Shown here piece by piece: positions 13,539 to 25,110 of a stretch of DNA of 64,000 nucleotides; position 1 is the first letter of the stretch, and every line of letters starts with the position of its first letter. This DNA comes from Penicillus capitatus. Its lineage: Eukaryota > Plantae > Chlorophyta. A program made the position numbers and the translations under genes. The DNA lies in NCBI GenBank assembly GCA_965649825.1, contig OZ287697.1, positions 707,635-771,634 of the forward strand, read 5' to 3'. The notes below the pieces were generated by a model. It searched no databases, was not told the DNA's origin, and worked only from the letters and a program-made list of their open reading frames with translations.

Positions 13539-16500
13539 ATGCAGAACAGGCGCATCATCTCGTGCGCAGATCGAGTTGGATGCCTCTGTCGACGTCACAT
13601 CACGCGTTCGGCAGTAGAGATGTCGCAGGTGTCTTTTTTGGCACGTGGCCAGCGTCACGTGATCGATCGCCTTCGTCGGCGTCATCCCTTGCCCCTCACT
13701 GCTTTCCCTTTGCGCTTTGCTGTCCGTTGGTGTTCGGCGACGCGAAAGGACCAAGGCAACGGGATCTTGACCGATGACAAGGCACCTGTCCAGTCCATGC
13801 CTGCGGACGCACGGACTTATTGGCAGTCGATTCTGGACACCATCGAATCGCCCGTCGCACAGCGCATGATCGAACAACTCGACATGGAGAACGTAACGGG
13901 ACTGCCAGATGTGTTGCCCAAGCGTCCGAATTGTTTGGACTTCCACCGCGAGGTGAAGGCGCAGCATCCAGATAAGCTCGTTCTGATCCAAGTTGGCGAT
14001 TTTTATGAGACCATGGGGCACGATGCCGTTCTTTTGGTCAACGGATGCGGATTGGCACCTATGCTGCCGAAGAATGGGATACCTCTCGCTGGCTTTCCCA
14101 TTGCAAATCTTCCAAAAATGCGAAAAATGATCGTTGAGCAGTTGCGGCTCTCAATGGTCGTGTGCAATCAATACGATCTCGCTAAAGATGAACGCCATGG
14201 TAGCTACACCAAAGGACGACGTGTATCCGCCATCTACCATCCAGGGGATCAGAGCTACGCTGTCGCGCTGGATAATCCTTCGCCATCGGCTGTCACATCA
14301 ACTGTGTGCTTGAGCTGGGAAAGAGAAGGCTTCAGCATCGCAGAGTTTCGTACGGACCGTGCGAAAGTCCGAATCGCATCTGGGATGACACAGGATGCTA
14401 TGTGGGGACAGTTGGCCAGTCGTTCAGTGGCGGCGCCCATCTGCATCCACACATCTTTTGCAGAGCGTGTCCCCGATTGGCAAAAACGTCTTAAACGTGT
14501 GATGCCTCACGTTGCGAATCGCATTTGGAAATTCGAAGCAGAGGATCCAGCAGCAGCGTTCCTTCAGTTTCTGGAGCAGCATCAAAAAACGAAGACAGAG
14601 CTGACGATCGATCGGCTGTCCCATCAAAAGAGTAAGCGACAGAGATGTCCTTCATTCTACACGGCATCGCAGTTGGGCATGGCGGGAGGAAACGGAATTC
14701 CAGACATCTTGAGCTTCATCGTCCCTCCGGATAGCCTCTCTCCTGTCAAAGAGTGGTTCCGAGATCTCTTGCTGGTGCCGAGAGGGCAAGAGACAAGCTG
14801 TATCATTCAGAAAGCGCTCAGATGCATTGCAGGAATATCAGACTCACTCCCCCCGATGCGCACCTACCTTTCACCTGGAGGCGTGGCAAAGGCGAGAACG
14901 TATTTTTCGAAACAACAGATGTTAATAGAGATGTTGTAGACCTTTGAAGATCCGACACTGACACCAAGTTTCTTGAGAAAAGTACATGGACTGTTGACAG
15001 ATATCGTCGATCTTTTTCAGACAGAGTCTCTGCATGAGTTTGCCACCACACTGCTGCATTTGGTAGAGCTGGAACAGGAAGTCTCTATCGATGTGGACTC
15101 TTTTCACGATCTCTGTTGCCGGATGCAGACAGCCATTGAAGAGGTGGAGCAAATATCTATCAAAAACTGCCGATGCATCTGAAACAATGCTCTAGGTTAT
15201 TGTGCTCGACATTTCCGAAGCAAAGAAAGAGACTGAAGAATCGATCTCGGCGCCAGAAGAAGCATGCAATCAGCTTGCCGAGATCTGTGAAGATTTTCAT
15301 GGCATTGTCCATGATCGACACCTTCGACAGGAGCTCGAAAATCTACGACAGCATAGGGAGGCTGTCTGTTGTGCTCTCTTCGAAATTCTGGAGAGACTCA
15401 GTCGCCTGAACGACGCTGCCTACATTGCAAGAGAGGTAAAACTCGAATTGGATCGATCCAATTCGACTCTATACCTTTCACTCCCTGTCGCTCTCATGAA
15501 GCATCCAGACATCGGCACCGTTGGTCTCATCCGACCACAGTGGTCGTTGGGTGGCAAGAAAACCAACAGACACTACTACTCGACAAACGATCTGGAATTG
15601 GCCATTCTTAACTACAAGGAATACTGTGCTGGCATCTCATCCAGAGTAACCGCACTGTTGCGGACCTTGACAGAGCAGTTAAGTTGCTCGACCTTAATCC
15701 AGGCATGTCGTTTGAGCATTTGTGCTCAGTCGCTGATCCAGCACAGTTGGGAAGCACACGATCGTCATTGGTGCATGCCTGTCTTGTCAGACACATCCAA
15801 GTCTCTCAGCATCACGGGTGTTTGGCCGTACTGGATGGATGGGAGCCACGAGAAAACAGTAACCAACAGTCTCGAACTGAAGGACATGGTGCTTCTGACA
15901 GGACCCAATATGGCAGGGAAATCCACTGTTCTGCGTTCGGTAGCAGCTGTGTCTATGTTAGCATTGGCAGGGCTCTATGCACCAGCAGAGGCAGTGCAGT
16001 GCCCTCTGCTCGATTATATCGTATTGCGTTCTTTTTCGGGCGACAGTCCTTTTGATCAGCACAGTGGCTTCTCCATGGAGATGGCCGAAATGCGACTGGC
16101 TGTTGAGCAGTGTACAGATCGGAGTCTGATTCTGATCGATGAACTCGGCAAAGGAACGGAAGTGAAGACAGGCGGCGGACTTGCTGGGAGTCTCTTGGAG
16201 TATTTTGCAAGCAAAAAGTGCATCGGCATCTTCTCTACGCATCTCCACCTGATCAAAACGATGCCCCTCAAGATGAACGGCATTTCTCTCATGAAGATGA
16301 ACACGAATGTCATCGAAGCTGAAAAGAAAGAGGATCTAGAAATGCCACTGGAGAAGATCTATGCCCCGGAGTGGACAGTCACATCAGGCAAGCCATACCG
16401 GATGTGTTGTAAGGGTAAGATGGGTGGCATTCAGGATACAATGCATGCAGTCTGTCTTTGCAAGTGGCTTGGCAATGTGGTTTGCCATCGGCCGTTGTGG

Positions 16501-17109
16501 CACGAGCCAATCGATACCAAACGGAAATCGATCGAGGCATCGCGCGCCGCCATCCGACGAAGACGTCGCCAAAGTCCACATCAACTCCGATCACTCCGTC
16601 GGTAGACGAAGACCGCCAACTCGAAAACAACGGTGTTCCTTTTGTCGCCGCGGATGATAATAGCATCGCTGAACTGCTTTTGGCCGTCTGTGCCGCCAGA
16701 GGATTGAACGGATCCAACGGAGAGCCACTCAAAGTACGACGCGTTCTTAAGTACTGGCTAACTGACATATGTGACGACTTGGCGTCAGGTTTACCACGTC
16801 AAGGAGCGTCAACATCCGCCGCCACGTACTGCTCGGCGGAGCTGTGTCTATGTCTGTCGCCGTAGGACCGGACTTCACTACGTCGGCGAGACAGACGATC
16901 TAAAAGGACGTCTCCTCTACCATCAGCGCAAGGCTCGAGGACGTCTGGGGCCATTCGAGACCTGGTACATCTGCATTCCGCGGACGGAAGGGGCTAAGAG
17001 CATGAGCCGTTCCGTAGAGAAGGCCATGATCGAGTCGATGATGCACCAAGGTTACGTCATGGAATCGACGCGTGATGTACGTAACAAACACTTTGGACTG
17101 AACGATTGA
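13539..17109 (+). CDS. MSH1: Organellar MutS homolog 1 (plant-type MSH1) with C-terminal GIY-YIG nuclease
   Basis: Domain [19 protein letters not shown]; ATPase [11 protein letters not shown] and IDELGKGTE; helix-turn-helix [15 protein letters not shown]; [25 protein letters not shown]. Introns near 14892-14939 (GC-AG), 15145-15195, 16388-16434 (GC-AG), 16736-16789. Confidence 0.95.
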
Positions 17110-17110
17110 G

Positions 17111-17272
17111 ATGCCGGAGATTCCTACGCCAAGCGACGTCGCCTACATTTGCGGCCAGTGTCACGCCGAGACAGTTCTGAAGCCTGGCGACGTCATCCAG
17201 TGCCGCGAATGTGGATATCGTATTCTCTATAAGAAACGGACGAAACGGGTTGTGCAGTTCGAAGCACGTTAG
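17111..17272 (+). CDS. RPB12: RNA polymerase I/II/III shared subunit RPB12 (RPABC4), 53 aa; below the ORF-track size cut-off
   Basis: [53 protein letters not shown]: C4 zinc ribbon and the conserved [20 protein letters not shown] terminus. Confidence 0.97.
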   Translation: MPEIPTPSDVAYICGQCHAETVLKPGDVIQCRECGYRILYKKRTKRVVQFEAR

Positions 17273-17283
17273 CTCAATGCGCG

Positions 17284-18889
17284 TCATTGTTTTGAAAAAG
17301 AGTGATGATGTACAAAGTGTGACGCGAGAGTGAGAACTTCATTGAGCTTTTGCTGTAAGAGGCGCTCTTTCTCTTCTTCGTCTGACGGACACGATTCCGA
17401 AGGCATGACCATCACACCGTGCACGATTTTGCCCACACCTTCATGACCTGAATAAAAAGTGCGAGAAAAGTGTGAGAAGCGAGGGGAAATACGGCAAGGC
17501 ATCATGACAAAACTGTCGACGGGTTGTCCATGAGAACCGAGCGCTTGGAAGAAAACTTTGTGATGTGACGTGTCTTTCTCCCTGGCCTTCCATTGACGCA
17601 GCAGATGTTGAGAGATCTGACTTGTCTTTTCAGGCACTCCAATACCTCTTGTCATCAACAAAGCACTCCATAGCACATCGATCTAAATCACATCCACCAG
17701 TTAAGGGCCTCGGTGTTACGAGACGTGCGACATCTCGTAGAGGAATACGAAAAGTGGCATGAATCTCCTGGATCTGTGTCTTTGTCAATAAAGTACTGGC
17801 CTTGTCCGCTGTCTCTATACTTATCTACACAGTTTATCGCACTTTGAAGATAAGAGTGAGGGAATAGATACCTGGTGCTCTTGCAGTGCGTCCTGTATCC
17901 ATGGACAGCCGTAAAGGTTCTTCATATCCAACATGCGTTTCATTCTGGACACCGTTTCCGTCGGATCTTCGACCTGCGTGTGATGTGTGGTTTGGAAGAT
18001 CGGGCAAGAATGATGTAGGTACCGAGATATCCACTGCTTGCTTCTCTTTGGCAACGGCATAGACTGTTTCCATCATCTGCATACCGATGCCTTTCTGCTG
18101 ATAGCCAGGTAGGACGAAGATCTGACCGATGCGATCGCGATGCCTGTCGGGATAGGCATAGCATCGATAGACGGTTGTATAACCGACCTGCACGCTTTCA
18201 GAGAACGGCATCTCGATGCCCATCACGATCTTACCAATCTCGATTCCCCTTGGCGCTGGAAGAACGCGCAGAAAATGGTCCAGTCAGGATCTGAGGTGTC
18301 TATACATTGGAAGCCATCGATGAAGAACATCAAGAATGGTTCCAAACGATAATGCATTTCCTGCAACAGCTCGATGGCGATGGCGATACAGATGTCACAT
18401 CAATACCTTGAGACGCGCATGGGCGGTATGCAACGGCGCATGGGTCAGGACGAGCGACCCGTCCAGAAACGCCGTCTTGTCTCGTGTGCATTCGCCAAAG
18501 ACGTCGATCTCGGGGGCCGAAGTGCGAAAGGCGAGGCAGCGTTCGGCAAAGTCCTCCGCCGAGATCTCAAAATCATACTCGAATTGCTCGCGCAAGAGGG
18601 CCCGGACGTCATTCGCCTCGTCCTCTCTTTTCTTAAAGGTGACGTCCAGCATCGCGTAGAAACTCAATCGATCGATCGACAGCGTCACTTTGAGACCTTC
18701 GTAGCCGCGAATTTCTTCTTTCTCGCCAAAAAACGCGTGAGAAAATGAAGGGGCGACGATATCAGCGACGACCATTTGCCGTGTCTTGGCGTCGATATCG
18801 ACCCACTGCAGTGAGAGGACGTCGTTTGCGCGACAGGTGTCGTTGACGACGTCTTCGTCGACTTTCGGACGCTTTGATCCTGGTTCCAT
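17284..18889 (-). CDS. HAT1: Histone acetyltransferase type B catalytic subunit
   Basis: FSHAFFGEKEEIRGYEGLKV, LEPFLMFFIDG, VGYTTVY, RIGQIFVLPGYQQKGIG (motif A), VEDP. Four or more introns. 3' end approximate. Confidence 0.93.
17354..17358 (+). promoter_or_regulatory. TGTAA chlorophyte-type polyadenylation signal candidate, first one downstream of both MSH1 and RPB12
   Basis: TGTAA about 80 nt after the RPB12 stop. UGUAA is the established chlorophyte near-upstream poly(A) element. It lies antisense inside HAT1 coding sequence. Confidence 0.5.
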
Positions 18890-20505
18890 GATGACGATAA
18901 CGTGGTGGGACGAACGATGGATACAGTCGAAACGCGTCGCCGTTGTGCAGCTCGATTGCGACTACACGCGGCAATACCCAAACGTCTTGTCACTTGACAG
19001 CAACGGACTGTGCACAGACCTCTGGTTTTGGAAGCTTTTGGGCGACGGTCGAAGGAATGGGCCATCACGCTTCTCCCTCCAAGCAATGAGATCTGTGATG
19101 TGACAGCTGATGTCTATTGGGGAGAGTATGAATCGGTGGACTGGACATCTGTGATGCGGTAAGAGTTGAATGCCGAAGGTGATGTGACAAATAAGTGTAG
19201 TGGAGAGATAATTGCTTCCTGCTACTGCATTCGAAAAGGGCTCATTCGGAAAGGCCATTTTGCTTACAACATGAAGAAGTGGATGGCGAAGCGGCCAAAA
19301 AGCATTCTGGTTGGTAGCATCCCTGAAACGTACATTATGGATATCTCCGATCCCGAGTACTTTGAAGAAGCGCTCTGTGATCTGCCAGAGGCGAGACAGC
19401 TTCTCCTTAGCTTCCTCCTACAGTGTCATCATGAAGTTCAGGTGCAAGAGGAAAGAGGGGTGGTTTGGATCGCCAAGCCTTCGGTCATGAACCAAGGGAC
19501 AGCTGTCGTTATCTTCGATCAGATTGATCGATTGCGAACGGCCGTCGAAGAGGCTCCGGGGATTAGGGAATGGGTGGTACAACGGTATGTGCATCCTCCA
19601 CTCCTCATCCGGCAACGCAAGTTTCATATTCGAACCTATGTCCTCTGCATTGGACACCTCAAAGTCTACACATGGAAGGAAATGCTTCTCCTCTCTGCCA
19701 GTACCTACAGACCCTGTCTGCAAACACTCGTTCACTATGTGTGACAGATGAGGTCTACGACTCGAGTTTACAACATCTAGAAAGCAAGACCGCTCATCTG
19801 ACCAATACCTGTCTTCTGAAGGAAGCATCATCCGACTGCGTGCATCTCCTTTCAGAACTTCCCCAGGTAAATAAGCCAGGAGACTGACTTCCTTTCGCGA
19901 ATGTTTATCGACGCATTTCTAAGTTGATTGAAGAAGACGAGAACAGAGACATAGATAAATGCACGGAAACACTCAGTCAAGATATTCATGACCTCATCGG
20001 AGAATGCTTCAAAGCCATTTCATGTGAACTGTCGTTCCTGCCACTCCCCAACGCTTTCGAGTTCTTCGGATTTGATTTCATGGGTCACTATCGTGCACAA
20101 TCCATATCTTTTCCTCCAAGGTGGATGTCTTTAGTGGACGATTCGTGGCATTGCTGGTTGCTCGAAGCGAACGCTGAGCCCGATTTCAAACAGACGGGCG
20201 ATAGACTCAAGCCCATGCTACAGTACATGATGGAAGATGCTTTCCAACTGATCATCGATCCTTTACATCCTTTTAATCCAGTTCAGGCCTCATCCCATCA
20301 ACCAAATACTGTATACATTCTCTCTGTTTCAGACGCCGTGGGACATGCCAAACCATCCGACTGGCAATCAGTGGACGTGTGTCTTCGAAAGCACACACGA
20401 CTAGCCTCTAGAGATGCCATTGACCGCTTTTGCGTGCTTTGTACATCTGGAATCGATCCTGACACCGCCACAGAGTTTTCAGATGTCGTTCGATCCAGAG
20501 CATAA
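18888..20505 (+). CDS. Tubulin-tyrosine ligase family protein (Pby1-like)
   Basis: DYTR|PLVLEAF, WGEYESVDW, SCYCIRKGLIRK, WIAKPSVMNQG, WVVQRYVHPPLL..RKFHIRTYVL, HLTNTCL, FEFFGFDF, WLLEANAEPDF. Start and 3' end approximate. Confidence 0.9.
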
Positions 20506-21099
20506 ACAGAACCTGTTTGCGGAAGACATCTGCAAGTTCCAATCGCTTAATGACCGTGCAGTAACGTTGAAACTGTGTCCGTCTTAAGTAAACGAGGATT
20601 TTGTGCCTTGCGTGTATAAGTTTCTGCATGATCCTTGGCGCTGCCTTGTCCTGGCGATTGTTCACCATATGCCACTCCAATGCCTTTATCTTCTTTGTCA
20701 AGAGCGCCGCTGATGTCCACATGCACTTGCGAGAAACGAGACACTCAGAGTCTTGCCTTGGACTTCAGATGAACCAGTATCGTGTTCGTGGCGTTGGAAG
20801 GCCTGCCGTGTGCGCTTGAGCTCCTCTTTAGTTCTGTCTCTGCGATTCATTCCTTCCACGGATAGGTACTATCCACAGAAGTGGGTGAGAAGCTGCAAGT
20901 GGACAGAAGAGATGACCTTCTTTAGCAATTCCGGTTTTGGTTGTTTCGTTATTTCGTCGATCTTTACGGTTCCCGCCTGGACGAATTTTATAAACTCCTC
21001 GTCCGAGGTCTCTTTGCTCCACAGTGTGCCATTTGACAGAAATCTCTGCGAACGTAAGGCGCTGAGGCATCCGAAGGCATTTCTCGATCTCGACAGCAT
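20408..21099 (-). CDS. RPS15: Organellar (probably mitochondrial) ribosomal protein uS15
   Basis: After splicing: HDTGSSEVQ|AALLTKKIKALEWHM..RQDKAAPR..HARHKILVYLRR..RYCTVIKRLEL. Presequence-like N-terminus. Three introns, one GC-AG. Confidence 0.92.
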
Positions 21100-21164
21100 G
21101 ATCGCCCTTAATGCATGACATTGTTGTCGCTCTGTGACGAGTACCCGTGATCTCTGTGTTTATC

Positions 21165-22440
21165 ATGGCACACGAAGACAGGAGCAGCGCACGAGAGAAC
21201 ACGAATGGCACATCTCTGTCATCCACTAGTTTCTTCAGCATCGATCAGTTTGACCTATACCAGACTATCGGTCCTTTCCCTCAAACATGGCGCTGCTGCG
21301 CGTCGACATGAAACGTCCGCCAGGAACCGGAAGCTTCGCGCGTGTCCGGCTTGTGAGAGACAAACGCGATGGGCAATTCTTTGCCTTGAAAATCATGAAG
21401 AAATCGCTTCTGCTCAAGCGCAAACAAGTGGAGCATATCCTCAGCGAAAGGGCTGTTCTGCAGGACATCCAGCATCCACGCATTGCCAATCTGTCTGTCT
21501 CCCATTCGCATTCTCAGCGGCGACGCATCATGTGTCCAGGGCTGGAGCGTTCCAGGACAGGGCGCATATCTACATGGTTCTCGAGTATGTGCCTGGCGGC
21601 GAGCTCTTTTTTCATTTGCAACGCGCTGGACGCTTTTCGGTGGCGATCGTGCGTTTCTACATCGCCTGCCTGACGTTGATCCTGGAAGAACTGCACGCAC
21701 ACAACGTGGCCTATCGAGATCTCAAGCCTGAAAACGTAATGCTGGACAGGAACGGCTATGCTAAGCTGACAGATTTCGGGTTTGCGAAGAAAGTGAGCGA
21801 GAGGTGTGTCACACGCTGTGGCGATGCTGTCGAAGATCCTCGCATTATTCCCCGTAGAACGTGGACGCTGTGCGGGACTCCCGAGTATTTGGCGCCGGAA
21901 GTGATTCAGAGTCGCGGTCATGGCGTCGCTGTGGATTTCTGGAGTCTCGGTGTGCTCTTCTACGAGCTGCTCGAAGGCTATCCTCCTTTCAGCGACGACA
22001 ATCCTTTTGTGGTCTACCAACAGATCCTCGACGGCCGCGTCGTCTATCCAAAAGCGATGGATCCGTGGGCCAAGGCACACAGGCATCACAGACATGGGCA
22101 CACGTCGACGACGGGTGTCTTCAGGACTTGATAAGAAAGCTGCTCAACGGAGATCAGAGCAAACGCATCGGAAACCTGTACAACGGTGTGGACGACATCA
22201 AGAAGCACCGATTCTTCAAGGGCTTCGACTGGAACGCACTTGCCAACGGTGACGGATACGTCAGGGGAGGACAGTGTGGACAGAGGTCGATGGGGTGCAG
22301 GGACGATGCGTGCTCCGATTGTTCCGAAGATCAAGACGGCCAACGACACAAGCTACTTCGACAGCTACAAGGAATCCACGTCCGAAACGGGAGAGCCGTT
22401 GGACGCTGAAGAAGCGGAGAACGCATTCCGAGCGTTCTGA
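21165..22440 (+). CDS. cAMP-dependent protein kinase catalytic subunit-like (PKA/PRKX) AGC kinase
   Basis: IG|TGSFARVRL, FALKIMKK, EYVPGGELF, YRDLKPEN, DFGFAK, TWTLCGTPEYLAPE, DFWSLG, FFKGFDW, APIVPKI..DTSYFD. Five introns. Spliced start is ATG 21165 (MAHEDRSS). Confidence 0.93.
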
Positions 22441-22527
22441 GGGGCAGCGGGCCGGCCGGTTTCTCGTGACGGTCGTGGGCCGTGGAGGCGCCTCCGTTTT
22501 AAACAGAAGCATCGTACAGCGTTTCTG

Positions 22528-23439
22528 TCATTCGGCTGCTGCCTTTCCCTTCTTCTTGGCAGATTTCTTGATGTAGAACTCGAGCTCTTTGCCTTCCAGG
22601 ACGTATCCATCCGCTCTTCCTATCTGACCAGGGCGCGATGCGACGATTGCCATCAAGCGACCGGTGATCATTTGCTCGGCCACTCGCGCATCCAGTGCCC
22701 TCCTCGCTGCCAGATGGCTTTTCATCTCTTTGATCTGCTCTTCCGAAACCTAGCAAACCACAGAGTTCGCGTCCTCGTGGACGGATGCGGAGCATCGGCA
22801 CGTCTTTCATGCTTTCAAAGTTTGGCAGGTTTTCAGACGTCCCATCGTCTTTGCCCTTCACGCCAACTTCCACGCCGTAATGCTTTTGGTACCACTGTTT
22901 GAAGGGATTGGCATCCACTTGGACCACCACAGACTTCGTCAGAGATTTCGTCCGCACCTGCCGTTCACGGTTTTCGCCCTTCTTGATCTGCCCGCGCTCA
23001 CCAGTTCATTACTGTTGGGATGATAGACGACATCCATGATGCGTGTCTTCCTGGTACATGCCTGGACGGGTCGACCGATGGAAGGGAGATGTGAGGATGT
23101 GAGATGATGCGACCTCCGAGGGCCAGGCAAAGCAGCCGGAGTCGAGGCGAAGGGCTCTGCGTTTGATCAGTCGTCCGCGTGCTCGAACGCGACGCACCTC
23201 GACGTTGGAGGAGAGCTTCGTGCTGGCGGAAGGTCGTCCCATGTCGTATCTGGAGGCAGCGATCTGGCAGTTCGAAGGAAGGATGCCGAATCTGCGTTAC
23301 TTCTTTTTCTTTCTCCACGCTTTCTTGCGGCCTCCCGTCGCTTTGCGTTTGTGCAGTGTCCCGCGTGTGATGCCTAGAACGAAAATGGGCCATAAAACAG
23401 GCTACACGCGATGCCCTGAAGGAAGAGCTACGCACCCAT
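22528..23439 (-). CDS. RPS8: Cytosolic 40S ribosomal protein eS8
   Basis: ATG G|intron|[24 protein letters not shown]|[55 protein letters not shown]. Confidence 0.97.
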
Positions 23440-23499
23440 TGTACCACAACGATCGCTCAGACAACGCTGCGGAGAGCGGCGGCGACGACGTTGATAGAA

Positions 23500-24220
23500 A
23501 TGGATGGACCCATCTGTGCAAGAATGACAAAATTTGTTAAAGAGCTTTTGGAAGGTGACACAGCGTGCAGAACATCTCGGTACGCGTCTCTCGAACAGCT
23601 GTCGGATGCTCCACCCGATTCTCATCCCTCTCGGTTCCAGATCGGTGCTACGAAAGAGACGATAGAGTGCAACAGCAAAACGGGAAAGCACCGCCACTCT
23701 AATAGTTTCAAGGCGGTCTGCGATCAGGTCTCGTGAGATTATGAGCGGAGTATCGTTTCATGGGAGAGAATGTATGTTGACAGTGCAGCCAGGCACCCTG
23801 TAGGCCCCGATCTGGGCATTGTACAAACGCAGTCTGTCTGATAGCCGAGTGGAGGTCGTCCGATTGTCTGGACGATCGAATCTCCGTCGTGCACTCTCGG
23901 GGACAGAACTCAGATGATGCAGCTGTCAGCGATGGAAAACCATGCCGTTTCGCCAGAAGTTGTGTAAAGTGGAAACGACGGCACGACTGTCATTGCCCTC
24001 TGAACAGAGAACACTGTCCTGGACCGTCACCTCTTGTTTTTTGGCAGGACCACTGCTCAGTCTCCTTCACACGGAAGGAGACATGCCTTTGCAGCATTGA
24101 ACAACCGCAAGGTGACGAGGCCTCTCGGCCTTCATACGGTCCACAGATTGTGGCACTGAAGGATGCGAATATCTTCGCGGGATCATTCGTGTATTGCAGC
24201 TGACACGAGCGAATGTTATA
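23500..24220 (+). CDS. Possible multi-exon gene of unknown function, divergent from RPS8
   Basis: ATG about 60 nt from the RPS8 ATG (MDGPICARMTKFVKELLEG) followed by intron-like GT..AG gaps. No motif recognised. Confidence 0.25.
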
Positions 24221-24262
24221 CAGGAGACAGCGGAAGCGATGTGGTAGCGAACCTATTGCACT

Positions 24263-25110
24263 CTGTAAGGATCGGCTGCAAAGAAAGACAAGTCGGTAAC
24301 CAATAGAGAAGATTTTTGTCCCGGAGTATCACCCAGATGGGCGTCGCGCGGCCGAACAGGATCTGTGCAGCCACGCGGCGCCCATCTGGCGGATAGACCG
24401 CAGACAAAAATTAGGTACATCTCGAAACCGGAGCCGGTTTCGAGAGACCTGTGTAAGAGGAGAGATGGCGTTTGATCGCCACCGCGTCGAGCGCCGCTTT
24501 AGCCGCGGCCGAGAGGCATAGACCGCTCGACGCGGTGTCGATCGACAGATGCCGCGTCGAGCGCCGCTTTAGCCGCGGCCGAGGGGCCGAAACCGCTCGA
24601 CGCGGCATCGGTCGACGCCGCAGAAATTCCACGTGGTCGCGGCGGTACCTAGATAGGCAGACAGATAGAAGAACTCTAGCGGACGAACCTTCCAGTCTTC
24701 GGAGTCTTCGGGGGACCTGTCCTTCTTCGGTGCGCATCTGTGGAACAGAACTGCGTCGACAAAGACGCCGAGTCAGCTCAGCGTCGACAAGACAGGCGGA
24801 CCGTACTTGAAACGTGCACTTCGGAAACCAGTGCAGAGTTAGGCAAAACAGGCAATGCGGAAATGGGTATGGCGTCGCGCATTTTATAGCCGTTTTGCAG
24901 CCGAGGTGACGTCTGGAACAATTCGACTCCGCTCTCGGCCAATCAGAACGCTCCATTCCGTCCACGACAGTCTGACGTCGGCCAGAAGTGGGTCAAACGT
25001 CGCTTCACGCAGGTCAGGTCCGCAGGACGTGCCGCACTCTGTTCTCTCGAGTTCGTGAACGCTTTACCCTTAAGGGTGAGTTGGACAGAGCTTACTGCAT
25101 AATAACGACA
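24263..25110. repeat. Multi-hairpin dispersed element, copy 1 (probable non-autonomous mobile element or structured element)
   Basis: Colinear similarity to 48743-49530. Nested inverted repeats: GATTTTTGTC/GACAAAAAT, CCAGATGGGCG/CGCCCATCTGG, TCTCGAAACCGG/CCGGTTTCGAGA, and two tandem CCGCGTCGAGCG/CGCTCGACGCGG hairpins. No real ORF. Confidence 0.85.

Noticed and set aside
16771-17109. MutS-GIY-YIG fusion as a novel system
   Set aside because: This is the established domain architecture of plant and algal MSH1.
17270-17272. Non-canonical genetic code (TAA/TAG = Gln) as in some ulvophytes
   Set aside because: RPB12 and SNRNP40 end with TAG exactly at their conserved C-termini, and long exons contain no in-frame TAA/TAG.
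24309-24320. Sm-site-like GATTTTTG suggesting an snRNA
   Set aside because: It is one arm of an inverted repeat. No U1/U2/U4/U5/U6 hallmark sequences were seen.
24482-24605. CRISPR-like repeat-spacer array
   Set aside because: Only two units, the intervening sequences are near-identical rather than unique spacers, the context is eukaryotic and there are no cas genes.
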